Numbered from the stretch's first letter, positions 1 through 11,962 are shown. The stretch: DNA of 64,000 bases from Eledone cirrhosa (GCA_964016885.1 OZ024750.1:44020001-44084000), one strand, 5' to 3'. Made by a program: numbers and translations. Notes: a model not told the origin generated them from the letters alone.

Positions 1-83
1 CAGAGCGCTTCACTCGGTCTGAGAATCGAACTCACAACCAGACAATTGCAAGACCAACGCTCAACCTACGAAGCTATGACTTC

Positions 84-157
<74 letters not shown>

Positions 158-158
<1 letters not shown>

Positions 159-440
159 AGGGGGTGAGTTTTATTGTAGTACAATAAAGCAATGCAGATA
201 TCGGATAAGAAGCACTCTACAGTTTGTAAGACTAGAGTATAAATAATATATAAGATCAAAAGATGGTTAAAAGAGTTGATATGTTGATTTAAAAGTGCAC
301 TATTCACAGGTGTATTTTAACCTTCATATCATGTCTTTCTATTTTATCTGACGAAAACACAAATGTTATTGGATGATGATATTTGTTTTTGAAATGCGCA
401 TAATAAAATACATGGAACTCTTTTAACCATCTTTTGATCT

Positions 441-447
<7 letters not shown>
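158..447. mobile_element. (TA)n-flanked PLE pseudo-LTR-like foldback element, family A copy 1
   Basis: Inverted arms tataagatcaaaagatggttaaaagagtt (~249-278) and aactcttttaaccatcttttgatcttata (~417-445), one-sided tail 158-248, HHR at 340-410; second copy at 6722-7020. Confidence 0.75.
340..410 (+). ncRNA. Minimal type-I hammerhead ribozyme motif
   Basis: Stem I tattttat(340-347)/ataaaata(403-410); core ctgacga 348-354; stem II aaacacaaatgttat...tgatatttgttttt; gaaa 391-394; palindromic stem III tgcgca; AUA cleavage triplet ending at 402. Confidence 0.8.
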
Positions 448-471
<24 letters not shown>

Positions 472-735
472 ATCATCATCATCATCATTTTACGTCCGCT
501 TTTCCCTGCTTGTAAGGGTGGGACGGGAACTGATTCTGGCTTGATTTCTACAGCTGGATGCCCTTCCTAACACCAACCTCATTTACAGTGAGTGCTGGGT
601 GCTTTTTTTCCGTGGCACCTTCACGACCACTTTGCAGTGGAATGATATGGACCCCAGTCCCTATCATCTCATTTCTACAGCTGAGTAAACTGGAGCAATG
701 TGAAATAAAGTGTCTTGCTCAAGGAAACAACACAT
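472..735 (-). mobile_element. Degenerate retroposon remnants: (CAT)n-bounded LINE/SINE 3' end plus SINE central domain
   Basis: catcatcat...acgtccgcttttcc, gctggatgcccttcctaacaccaacc and tgtcttgctcaagga motifs recalled from common animal SINE/LINE repeats; not aligned to a library. Confidence 0.4.
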
Positions 736-833
736 CACCCGGTCTGGAAACAACACCTCTCCCGGTCTAGGAAGCAACACATCACCCGGTCTGGAAACAA
801 CACATCTCCCGGTCTAGGAAACAACACATCACA
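722..833. repeat. Tandem repeat, alternating 23/24-bp units (ggaaacaacacatcacccggtct)
   Basis: About 4.5 units visible directly. Confidence 0.85.
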
Positions 834-866
<33 letters not shown>

Positions 867-867
<1 letters not shown>

Positions 868-1080
868 TGAGTCCGGGGTTCAATCGGGGGTAAACACAAT
901 AAGTAAGGTACTCAATACATTAGTAGAGTGTATACAATATAATTTAATATAGAATGGCTTCTACAGGACTAGAACTGTTTCATTCAGAGAAAATCAGCAG
1001 GAAAAGCTTTTCTTGATTATTTCCTTGGAATGAAACAATTCTAGTCCTGTAGAAGCCATTTCTATATTAAATTTTATTAT
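867..1080. mobile_element. Foldback element with half-HHR, flanked by (GA)n/(CA)n
   Basis: Imperfect palindrome ~941-1072 centred on aaagcttt; right arm carries gaaac-aattcta-gtc; tail 867-935 with gtactc...gagtg. Confidence 0.6.
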
Positions 1081-1120
1081 ACACACACATACACACACAC
1101 ATATATATACAATTATAGAG

Positions 1121-1307
1121 ATTCTACTTTTGGCACAAAGCCAGCAATTACCCCAGTGTATTATTGGTACTTTATTTTATCGACCCTGTAAGGATGAAAG
1201 ACAAAGTTAAACCTCGGCGGATTTGAACTCAGAATACAAAGGGCCATAACTCTATACTGTAAAAGCAAGGTGTCTGACGCTCTACCGATACTGCCAAACC
1301 ACGGCCC
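1121..1307 (-). mobile_element. tRNA-derived SINE (family S1)
   Basis: Reverse complement of the consensus ggattggcagtatcggtagag...gagttcaaatcccgccgagg...gcctttcatccttacggggtcgataaaataaagtaccag...gtagaaacaattatt, with A-box/B-box-like motifs; many copies in window. Confidence 0.85.
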
Positions 1308-2728
1308 TCTATACAGTTATATATATTACACAGCATAGACATATATTGTGTTCCCCTGTAGTATAACATAACATTTTACAAATATCTCTCATTGTCTTAT
1401 GTTATTACATCAAGTAACATTACACAACGTAATGTTATATAGAATTATATAATAACATAATGTAAAATTATCTATTTTAGCACCAAATATATTTTACTTA
1501 TTGCTTATGTTAAACAATTACTCTCATGTGAAAATAAATTCTTTCGATTTGCTGCGATGCATATAAACTACAGATGTTATAGGAAAATAAAATATTCTGA
1601 TAGAACAATGCTACATTATAAATCTTGTATTTTTATGAAAAAAATCATTTCTAATTGCGACTAGATAAAATGATATATTTGCACTGAAAAGCTACCAAGA
1701 AAAAAAATCAAACGAATTTGCTCTCCTCATATTTTTTGCTAATTCCTTTCAGCTTCTTCGAGAGAAAATGTCTTAAATTTAGAACCTTAATTATCCTGCC
1801 AACATAGTTTCTTTTATCCCTAAAATCTATTTTTTATGTTGCTGATATGAAACAGGGAATGGCATGCGCTTGTCATTTACCAGAATGTAGAAGTAGCACC
1901 ACTTATTAAAAGTCAGAGACATGTAGCGGGGTTTGACATCTGTATGGTAAGTAATTGGTGATTGAAATGAAATGATGTTACTACTAGCCAACATAGATTT
2001 AACCCACCTTGGGTGTTCCTCGTTTTTTTCTACACCTAAGGTCTTCTCTTTTGCGGATCTTTCTGTGCCAGAGGAAAGGCACAGCTAGTGCGTTTGAACG
2101 AGAAAACTTTGTACAGGGGTTGGTAAGATAGTTAGCATTGCTCGACTGAAAGGCTTTTATGGGATCCTGCCAATTTAATCTACCTTAGGTGGGCTTTGCC
2201 TTTACAAATGTGCTTTTCTCACTCTGGTCTACCTGGGTCACAGGGCAGACGTCATTAGCAGTGCGCCTGAAAGAGACAATTGGGTACTGGGTTTGCTAAG
2301 TTTGTCTACAGTGTGAGACTCAAAAGTCCATTTATAGGTTTGATTGATGATCGTTACTGCCTTGTTGGGTTCATCCCTATTTGTGGGTCGGCTTAGGTTT
2401 TGTACTTTTATTGCTTTCATCCTCTCTTATGTCAGTTTTTAAAGTAGAATTACCAATGAGAGATGGTTATGTTGAAATATTTATATTTAGGCTATGTATT
2501 TAAATTGTACTATGCTTTCTGTGTTGCTTTTCGCTGTAATCTGGCTGTAGGTTGCATAACTTCATTGTAAAGGCATCTATGACGAGGAGAGTCATCGGTC
2601 ATTTTAAAATGATGTCCGCTTCTAAAACTGAAAGAAACAGCAATAACCTATCTTACAAACGACATTTCTTTAAATCATGATCGACATGTTTATAGGGAGT
2701 TTGTTTGGGTAGTCAGAACCGTGTAAAT

Positions 2729-2812
2729 CAGAGGTTCTCAAACTGTTTGGGCCACCGTCCCCCTTCACGACCACGTAACACCCTCAGCGCCCCCCCCCCC
2801 CACTATCTACAG
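2729..2812 (+). mobile_element. Possible hAT-type MITE left end
   Basis: cagaggttctcaaactgt resembles hAT/Charlie termini (cagtggttctcaa); no matching right TIR seen. Confidence 0.3.
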
Positions 2813-2958
2813 AGGGACCTGCTTACAGACAAATTGTAAATAATATATAATAAATAAAATCGTTAATTTATATATAATAAATAATGTAACAGATACTATA
2901 TATAAATACATATTATAGTTATATGTATCATTTAATATATAATATAATATTATATCAT

Positions 2959-3140
2959 GATTGGCAGTATCGGTAGAGGGTCGGATGCCATGCTTTCCAG
3001 CATAGTTACGTCCCTTAACGATCTGAGTTCAAATCCCGCTGAGGTTGACTTTGCCTTTCATCTTTACGGGGTCGATAAAATAAAGTACCAGTAATGCACT
3101 GGATAATTGCTGGCCTTGTGCCTAAAGTAGAAACAATTAT
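2959..3140 (+). mobile_element. SINE S1
   Basis: Near full-length match to the other copies. Confidence 0.9.
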
Positions 3141-3711
3141 ATCATCTCTACCACCCCATGTAACCCCCGACTTTGAGAGCCGCTGGTGTAAATAAGAGAA
3201 ACATTACAAATTTTCGGTGTATAAGTCGCATCTTTAGAGCTGAAGGTTATTGTAGAGTTTAAACTGTTTCCATGGCTTCGGTTTTCAATCATCATCAAAT
3301 ATTTGGGATGTGTACATATGGTATGAGACAGGATTCGAACTAGGAACATTTATTGAAATTTCAGCTTAATACCCATGGAGTATGTGTCTGAGAGAGTGTG
3401 TGTTTGTGTGTGTGTTTGTGTGTACACTCAGTGTGTTATATATATTGTGTATTTATAAATTTGCCTATATGTAAGCACGAGCACATATATTTGCATACAC
3501 TTTCACCCCATCTCTCTCTCTCACCCACTCCATAACATATATATACATATACACACTCACACATACACACATTATATATATATATATATATGAGTGTGTG
3601 TGTGTGTTCAAACTAAATTCCATTAGAGGAAAAATTGAAAACAACAACAAACCAAATACAAACGCAACAACACCAAACAGTTTCTCTGTGTGTGTCTGTG
3701 TGTGTGTATTT

Positions 3712-3743
<32 letters not shown>

Positions 3744-4899
3744 TTTGGTGATAGAATTTATCTTAGACTTGTATGTATTGTCATACATCAGTGTCTTTTG
3801 TTTAAGAACCTCCCTACAACTTTGAACAACAACGTGTCTTGCATCCGATTCCATTCCTAGCGGCATTATTTCTGCTGTTTTCACATTCAAGTCAGCATCA
3901 GGAATTCTGTACTTGCCACTTAAAGTTCTTATATGCCTCAAGATTTCAGAACAAATTTGTTCGTGAATTTATTTTTATTTACTTTTCTATTTATGTTTAT
4001 TATTTATTCTTTAACTTTTACAAAAGAATGTCCACCTCCAAAATATATCGCAATGAATAGAGTGTCCTCTAAATATTATCTTCGCAATTGTTAGAGTTTT
4101 GAAATAATTAATGGTTTAGCACAATGCTTCTTTGCTAGAAGGACAATCAAGTTATTTTTCTCATATCAACCGGACTTCTTTCAATACAAGATATGGTTGA
4201 AAAAAAATAGGTTGGGCTGATACACTAACAAAATATGATATATGGAAAAATAATTCTCTCCCTTAAGTCTTAAATAATGTCATCCAAACTTCTTTACGCC
4301 TTCTCCTCTTGAAAAACATTACATATTCATAAACACACACACGTAAATATATATATATATATGTGTGTGTGTGTGTATGTTATTATCTTATTAAGTTTGA
4401 AATTTATATTTTCCCTATCGTAAAATGTATTCAAAGTTTTTAAGAATGTTTAGGGTCAAATGTTTACATCTCGACACGGGAAATGCATTGATTTTTTTAC
4501 CTCAAATCATATTTTACCCATTCACATATAATTATTATTATATCTTACGAGGTCGATAAAATAAAGTACCAGTAATGCACAATTATTATTATGTTTTCAA
4601 CAATTTTATGCGATGTTCTTTTGCACCACTAGGAAGTTTATCTCCATATTCAGGAGGTACGTGTAGCAATGTCTCTCGGGAATATAGAATTCTGTTTGTT
4701 TACTACATCAGTTTTACTGTTGGAGCTGGTTTGTTATTTTTGAATGTTGCTAACTGTCACAAGAAATGTCAACACCAAAAGGGATATTGACCCTCTCAAT
4801 CTAACACAATAACTAGGAGACAGCGGCTTAACTTTGGTCGACAGAAATGTTGAATATCTCATCATATTCTCTTGGAAGGTTCTACTAACCTCCAAACGT

Positions 4900-5250
4900 C
4901 GAAGTACCATCATGGAAACAAAACCTACACATATGAGGGAAATAACATAGAATGAATAAGAGAGAACACGAACACACACCAAACAGAATACAGGCACACA
5001 AACGCATGCGCAAATATAGAATAAGACAACATTACAGGAATACAATAGGAGGAAACATAGAAACATCACTGATGATGTCACGGTTGTGTGACGAATGAAT
5101 AATGATTGCCAGCCGAATTAATTATAAAAATATAAAAAAAACATACTGAAGGGAATACCAACCCTAGCCCAACCCAAACCAAACAGTGAGTGTGTTTTAC
5201 TATATTTTTCTAGCAATATTATAACAACATGACCCTCCCCAAATATAACA
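4900..5250 (+). mobile_element. PLE 3' region (A/C-rich UTR, degenerate HHR, tail), family N
   Basis: atca-ctgatga-tgtcac...gtgac-gaat...tgat at 5065-5106; terminus aacatgaccctccccaaatataaca shared with 22848-22878 (reverse) and ~63699-63725. Confidence 0.55.
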
Positions 5251-6030
5251 GAAAGAAAGAAGCTTATTAAAAGTATTCTCTGACTGATGACCAGGAATAC
5301 ATAACTAAGGGAGATTCAGAGCTCTACCGTAAAAGAACATCACATGATAGGTTATTTGTTTATCAGCAGAGGGCGCTGCATGATTATGTTGTAAGGAATC
5401 TTTAGAGTAGTATCATACATTGATCCAACAATCGTTATATTAATTCTGACTTTGAAAAACATACTTTTGTCACACAACAAGACATCTAATACACAAATGG
5501 GACAGGAAGATAGGTTTAATAAATCAGATATAATAACTGATAGAGTCTGTGCGCAATTAACAAAGAATAGATGTCTCAGATTTTAAGCAGATGTCTAAAA
5601 CTCTCATCATGATACTATCAACCTACATGGCATGATGTACTGACTAAAACAATTTACTATACAATTTATAGAGAAGTTACTCCTGAAGATCGAAATATAA
5701 AAAATTGCATATAACTGCAAGTTTGTTGTGAAAACCTTTGTAAAATGGAGACATAACGTACCATAGGTAAACATAGGAGATCGTATGTTGACCAACCACT
5801 TGTATGGAAGCAGGACTGTATAGAAAACAGAAATAAAAATGCTGTCTTGTTCATTTAGCACCCCTTACCTACTGAAACGTGCAGATGGTATTACAAATGT
5901 TTTTTGTCTTCGATAACGTCATCAACTCTACTATATGAATGTTGGAGCAAAGTTCTTTGTCCAAGAATCTAAGTTTACCAATAAATTCATCCATGCGTGT
6001 TGTTACACATCCTGAAGCTCTCATAATAAT

Positions 6031-6450
6031 TGTTTCTATTTTTAGGCACAAGGCCAGCAATAATTCAGTACATTACTGGTACTTTATTTTATCGACCCCG
6101 TAAGGATGAAAGGCAAAGTTAACCTCGGCGGGATTTGAACTCAGAATGGCAAGGGCCGTAACTCAATGCGTCAAAGCATGGCGTCCGACCCTCTACCGAT
6201 ACTGCCAATCCACCGCCCATAATCCAAGCTCTCATAATAATGGTTTCTGATTTAAGCACAAGGACCTCAATTTTGGGGGAAATGGAAAGTCGATTAAATC
6301 GAACTCAGTGTATTACTGGTACTTTACTTATCGACCCCATAAGTATGAAAGGCAAAGCTAACCTCGGGAGGATTTGAACTCAGAACGTAAAGGGATGTAT
6401 CTCTATACTGTTAAGCATGTCGGCCGCTCTACCGGTTCTTCCAATCCACC
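6031..6450 (-). mobile_element. Two tandem SINE S1 copies (6031-6218 inserted at the tail of 6242-6450)
   Basis: 16-bp TSD aagctctcataataat at 6015-6030 and 6226-6241. Confidence 0.9.
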
Positions 6451-6721
6451 AATGCGTATGAAGCAGAACATTTATTTTGTGCAATCCAGTTGTAAATCCC
6501 TGTTCAATGGTTCATATAGATATCTTTCTCTTCTATTTCTTCTTACTATATTAACGTCAAGCAGCTCACTTTCACAACTATGCGTGTCTTTATTGCACAA
6601 TTGCAAGCATTAATATCTTTGTCGTGTTTTGGTTTGGTTACTGTTGCCTTCATGTCATTCATTGTCTTCTACCCTCTATTAATTTTCATGAGTTTATCAA
6701 TATATATATATATATATATAT

Positions 6722-7015
6722 GTAGGAGGTGAGTTTTATTGTAGTACAATAAAGCAATGCAGATATCGGATAAGAAGCACTCTACAGTTTGTAGGACTGG
6801 AGTATACATAATATAAGATCAAAAGATGGTTAAAGGAGTTCCATGTATTCCATATATGTTGATTTAAAACTGCACTATCCACAAGTGTTTTTTAGCCTTC
6901 ATATCATGTTCTCCTGTTTTATCTGATGAAAACACAAATATTATTGCATGATGATATTTGTTTTTGAAATGCGTATAATAAAATACATGGAACTCCTTTA
7001 ACCATCTTTTGATCT

Positions 7016-7020
<5 letters not shown>
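6722..7020. mobile_element. Foldback HHR element, family A copy 2
   Basis: Collinear with 158-447; both ends abut (TA)n. Confidence 0.75.
6915..6985 (+). ncRNA. Minimal type-I hammerhead ribozyme motif
   Basis: tgttttat-ctgatga(6923-6929)-stem II-gaaa(6966-6969)-tgcgta-ta-ataaaata. Confidence 0.78.
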
Positions 7021-7081
<61 letters not shown>

Positions 7082-7085
<4 letters not shown>

Positions 7086-7720
7086 TGGGATGGCGTTATC
7101 TTATGGCTAAAACACCACGACGTGCTGTGACCAGCGGCGGCGATTGGCGCCCGACAGACTGGTCGGTCAGGGTGATCAAGGTAATATATAAATATAAATA
7201 TAGCGAGAATCGCATTTCGGCGAGTAGAAATTAACGAAACGCAACTTCCGATCTGTGTTGGCAAGCGCTCCATGGACTAGAAGGTACCAGAGTAATAAAC
7301 ATAAGTTATAAAGGCCATACAAACCGAGACAGCGGTTAAGAAGCTATCAACCACCTAAGCCAAAAAAAACGAGCAAGCTAAGCGGGCCAAACAAAATATG
7401 ATATGATTAAAATATTTACCCGGATCCTTGGAAATAATGGTAAAATCCAATACAGGGTTTCTGCGACACCTAAATCAATAATACTGTCTGCTTAAAAAAA
7501 TAAGCTTTTGGTATAATGATCGAATAAGGATATCACGTTCTCAAAAGGCATTTTGTTCTGCGCCAGGATTAGAATCTCACAGTGTTTTGAAAGCACATGT
7601 GAACTCTAAAGGGGAGACAACCCAACATTTTGGCAAATTAATTCAGTATGTGTCGTCAATGCAAAAATTGCAAAAACAGCACAAAACGAATTAAGAAAAT
7701 GAGGATTATTTTTAATTTAA
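7082..7720 (+). mobile_element. Unclassified TA-associated repeat, family J
   Basis: Similar segments at 10762-10900 (-), 39967-40190 (+) and 50150-50760 (mostly -), e.g. gcgagaatcgcatttcggc and tttacccgga...ggtaaaatcca. Confidence 0.6.
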
Positions 7721-7751
7721 AAAAAAACACGAGATGTCCTATACGGGTGAA

Positions 7752-7877
7752 ATTATAAGGAAAAGTAATCGAAAATGCAACTGCAATTTTTTAAAGAATA
7801 TTTATTTATTTTCTTTACCGTTTTCACAATAAATAAATATTGTTAAAAAGACTCCAGTGGCATTTTCGATTTGTTTT

Positions 7878-7884
<7 letters not shown>
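7752..7884. mobile_element. Short foldback, family H
   Basis: ataaggaaaa...atcgaaaatgcaactg versus cagtggcattttcgat...ttttccttat; same sequence as 11654-11883 and ~51190-51232. Confidence 0.6.
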
Positions 7885-7927
<43 letters not shown>

Positions 7928-7929
<2 letters not shown>

Positions 7930-8219
7930 TGTTGCAGAAGATTAACACTCCACGTTACAAGTTTATCCCTGCTAAACGTTGGTGATTAGGAGAGACGGAG
8001 TATTCATTTATTAATAAAGAGTAGTTAAGGCGAGGTTACTGCAACATGATTGCTTTATTGCGTGTTTATATCTCTGTTACACGGTTATGCATGTGACTTC
8101 TTCGGATGCTTATAAATCATAGATGTAGTCATGCGATCATCAGCATATTTCACTGATTCACCATACAATAAAGCAATTATGCTGAAGTAACCCCCATCTT
8201 TACTACTTTTCATTAATAA
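7928..8219. mobile_element. Old foldback element with degenerate HHR (- strand, 8060-8109)
   Basis: Diverged arms ~8008-8060 and ~8166-8219; tail with acactcc...ggagta; minus strand reads ccgaaga-agtcacatg...cgtgtaaca-gaga. Confidence 0.45.
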
Positions 8220-8220
8220 T

Positions 8221-8866
8221 AATTGTTTCTACTATTTTTGCATAAGACCACCAATTATCTCAGTACATTACTGGTACTTTATTTTATCGACCCCGTAAGG
8301 GTGAAAGGCAAATTAACCTCGGCGGGATTTGAACTCAAACCGTAAAGGGCCGTAACTGTAGGCTGCAAAGCATGAAGTCCAACTCTCTATCGATACTGCC
8401 AATCAATCAATCAATAATAATAATAATAATGGTTTCTCATATAGACACAAGGCCATCAATTTGGGGGGAGGGGAAAGTCGAGTAAATCGACCCCAGTGGG
8501 TGACTGGTACTTTATTTTATCGACCCCGTAAGGATGAACGGCAAAGTTAACCTCGGCGAGATTTGTACTCAGATCATAAAGGGATGTAACTCTATACTAC
8601 AAATCATGGCGTCCGACCCTCTACCGATGCTGCCAATCCACCGCCCTGATAATAATAATAATAATAATAATAATTGTTTCTACTTTAGGCACAAGGCCAG
8701 CAAATACCCAGTGCATTACTGGTACATTACTGGTACTTTATTTTATCGACCCCGTAAGGATGAAAGGCAAAGTCAACCTCGGCGGGATTTGAACTCAGAT
8801 CGTAAAGGGACGTAACTATGCTGGAAAGCATGGCGTCCGACCCTCTACCGATACTGCCAATCCACC
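8221..8866 (-). mobile_element. Three tandem SINE S1 copies separated by (AAT)n tails
   Basis: Copies at ~8221-8404, 8430-8646 and 8673-8866. Confidence 0.9.
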
Positions 8867-9307
8867 TAATAATAATAATATTATATATAAAACGAAGGAA
8901 ATGTGGGTAGTAACCAGGTGGACTATAGTACTCAATACTGCGTAGTAGAGTGCACACTATGTACAATACGTATATACCCATATATACATTTTCGTGTTGC
9001 TGTGTTGCTGTTTGTAAATGGCGGTGCATATATAATTTATTGTTGAGGAATTCAAGTGTGTATGTATACTGAAGAAACACGGATATACACCAACCTATAC
9101 ACACATGCAAATGTGTATATGTGTGTAACTATATGCGTATATGCACTTCTCAAGTATATATATATATATATCGTTGTATGCATACGTTATAAGGGTCCGT
9201 ATGCAAATAAGGTCCATCAGCCAGGTTATATAAGAAATATCAAATACACACATTTACGAACATGAATACACGCTCAAACTCACTCGTGCTCATGTTCTTA
9301 TTATTGA

Positions 9308-9950
<643 letters not shown>

Positions 9951-10761
9951 GAAGTGTTCCCCTCACACTCTTGCTTATACAACTAAATATACATCTTTAT
10001 GGAAAGAAGAGTGAGCTGCAACAGTGGCAGCAATATATATATATACAGAGAGAGGGTGTGAGAGGATGAGAGAGAGAGAGAGAGAGTGGGGGGAGAGAGT
10101 GAGCGAGAGTAGCAATAAATATATATATATATGTAGATAGAGAGAGAGCGCGCGCAGCAATATATATATAGAGAGAGAGAGAAAGGGAGAGAAAAGTAGA
10201 GAGGGAGAGAACGAAAGAGAGGGGGGGGGGGGAGAAGAAAGCGGTAATATAACCGCTAGTTATTAGTAACGTACGTAGAACTGGAAGTAATTTGACACTT
10301 TAGTCTGTAATTGTCGGAATTAATATACATTTACCTGTGGGGAATCTCAACGTGATTTCTTTGGCTATTTTCCCTTGTTTCATTAGTCAATTTCATCTCA
10401 AACTTCCTTTCCCCCTTTCATCTATGTTTTCTGTTTATTTTTTTCACAAGCATATCTTCTACGTATAAGTTGCTATTTCGTGAAGTGTAAATGAATGTTG
10501 AATAAAGTGAAGAATATTACAAATAATCTTCTATAAATAATGATTTAATTTCTCTAAGCACAAAATCACTTTTGCTTTCTTATTATTTTGTTTGTTGTTC
10601 AGATGTTGTTTTGTATATTTTTTTATACTTTGTGTGTGTGTGTGTGTGTGTTTGTTTGTGAAGAGGAAAATATATGAATGATACCATTAGGATAAAAATT
10701 CTTCACTTTGGTGCAGTATTTTTATCCAGATTTCTAGAAAATGTTATTTTCTACAAACGAT

Positions 10762-10900
10762 AAAACGAAGCAAGCTAAACGGGTTAAACAAAATGACCCG
10801 TTTAGCTTGCTTCGTTTTTTTTTTAGGGGGGGGGGGGGGCATTAGGTGGTTGATAGCTTCTTAACCGCCGTCTCGGTTTGTATGGCCTTTATGACAGGTT
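10762..10900 (-). mobile_element. Family J fragment with a 24-bp-arm hairpin at its breakpoint
   Basis: aaaacgaagcaagctaaacgggtt / gacccgtttagcttgcttcgtttt (10762-10818); remainder is the reverse complement of ~7300-7390. Confidence 0.6.
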
Positions 10901-11159
10901 TATATATATATATATAGATAGATATGTAGGAGTTGTATTTGCATCAAAAGTCAAAAGAGTCTGAGGTAGACCCCAATATACTCGATGGAGCGAGAAATAT
11001 TATATTATCAATAGAGTGGACCCAAATACGATATTAAAGGGAAGGGCCATGTATAAAAATCCAAATGTATGGCAAATTACAATAACAACAACCAATACCA
11101 AAAGGGTGGGAATTTGTATCTCATATATTTGTATAATTATATATATATATACATATATA

Positions 11160-11290
11160 CATGATGGCTGTCCCCTCACTATCGAGTATGGCCATTGCCC
11201 AATATAACATTATTAATTATGTGCGTGAAAAATATTTTTAAACTGTGCACTGAGCCAATCCCGCTCTCTGAGCGACAGTAGCTCTAACCC
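11160..11290 (-). mobile_element. RTE-type LINE 3' end remnant
   Basis: Reverse-complement match to 31598-31871; terminus ggccatactcgatagtgaggggacagccatcatg resembles the 43489-43522 tail. Confidence 0.55.
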
Positions 11291-11557
11291 GAAAAGAAGA
11301 AAGGATCAACGTTCTATACATATCTCGTTATATAAGGCAACTGATAAAAGAGGAGGGTTTGAAAATTGCCCCTGGAATACATATAAAAAAGGGTCTTTAT
11401 AACATGAACACAAATTTATGTTAGCAAAGCCTGCGTTCTCTGTTTTGGATCGTCAAAACATTTGTTATTAGGTTAAATTGCTCTTACGTTAAAACACCTT
11501 CATGCTGATTCTCAACCTTATATATATATGTATCAATATAAATATGTATATATATGC

Positions 11558-11643
<86 letters not shown>

Positions 11644-11653
11644 AAAAAAATAT

Positions 11654-11955
11654 GAAATCGAAAATGCAACTGGAGTCTTATTCTTTTAAAAGATATATAT
11701 ATTTATTTGGTTCCTTTACTGGTTTCGCAGTTCTTCTGCTTTTCGAAAGTAAGTGAGAAAAACCACAGACCCTCCATCTCTACTCTACTTTTGAAAAGCA
11801 GAAGAACTGCGAAAACGGTAAAGGAACCAAATAAATATATATATTTAAAAAAAAAATAAGACTCCAGTTGCATTTTCGATTTCCTCTTTTGTTCTTTATA
11901 CTTTCACTCGTGTAGGACACGTCGGTTATTTTTCATTTTGTAAAAAAAACCCCAC

Positions 11956-11962
<7 letters not shown>
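11654..11962. mobile_element. (TA)n-flanked foldback, family H, ~98-bp arms plus tail, degenerate HHR
   Basis: Arms 11654-11751 and 11786-11883; ttgaaaa-gcag-aagaa-ctgc-gaaa-acgg-ta-aagg; the two arms together imply an ancestral gaaaccggta. Confidence 0.65.

Noticed and set aside
2100-2430. Possible CR1/L2 3' remnant (minus)
   Set aside because: Only faint peptide resemblance; not supportable without a search.
2959-3050. tRNA gene at SINE heads
   Set aside because: A/B-box-like motifs are present, but no cloverleaf, and they are always attached to the SINE body.
5284-5300. Isolated ctgatga/ctgaaga matches (also ~9068, ~12238, ~16120 minus, ~38186)
   Set aside because: No properly placed stem II plus GAAA and stem I pairing, so not called HHR.
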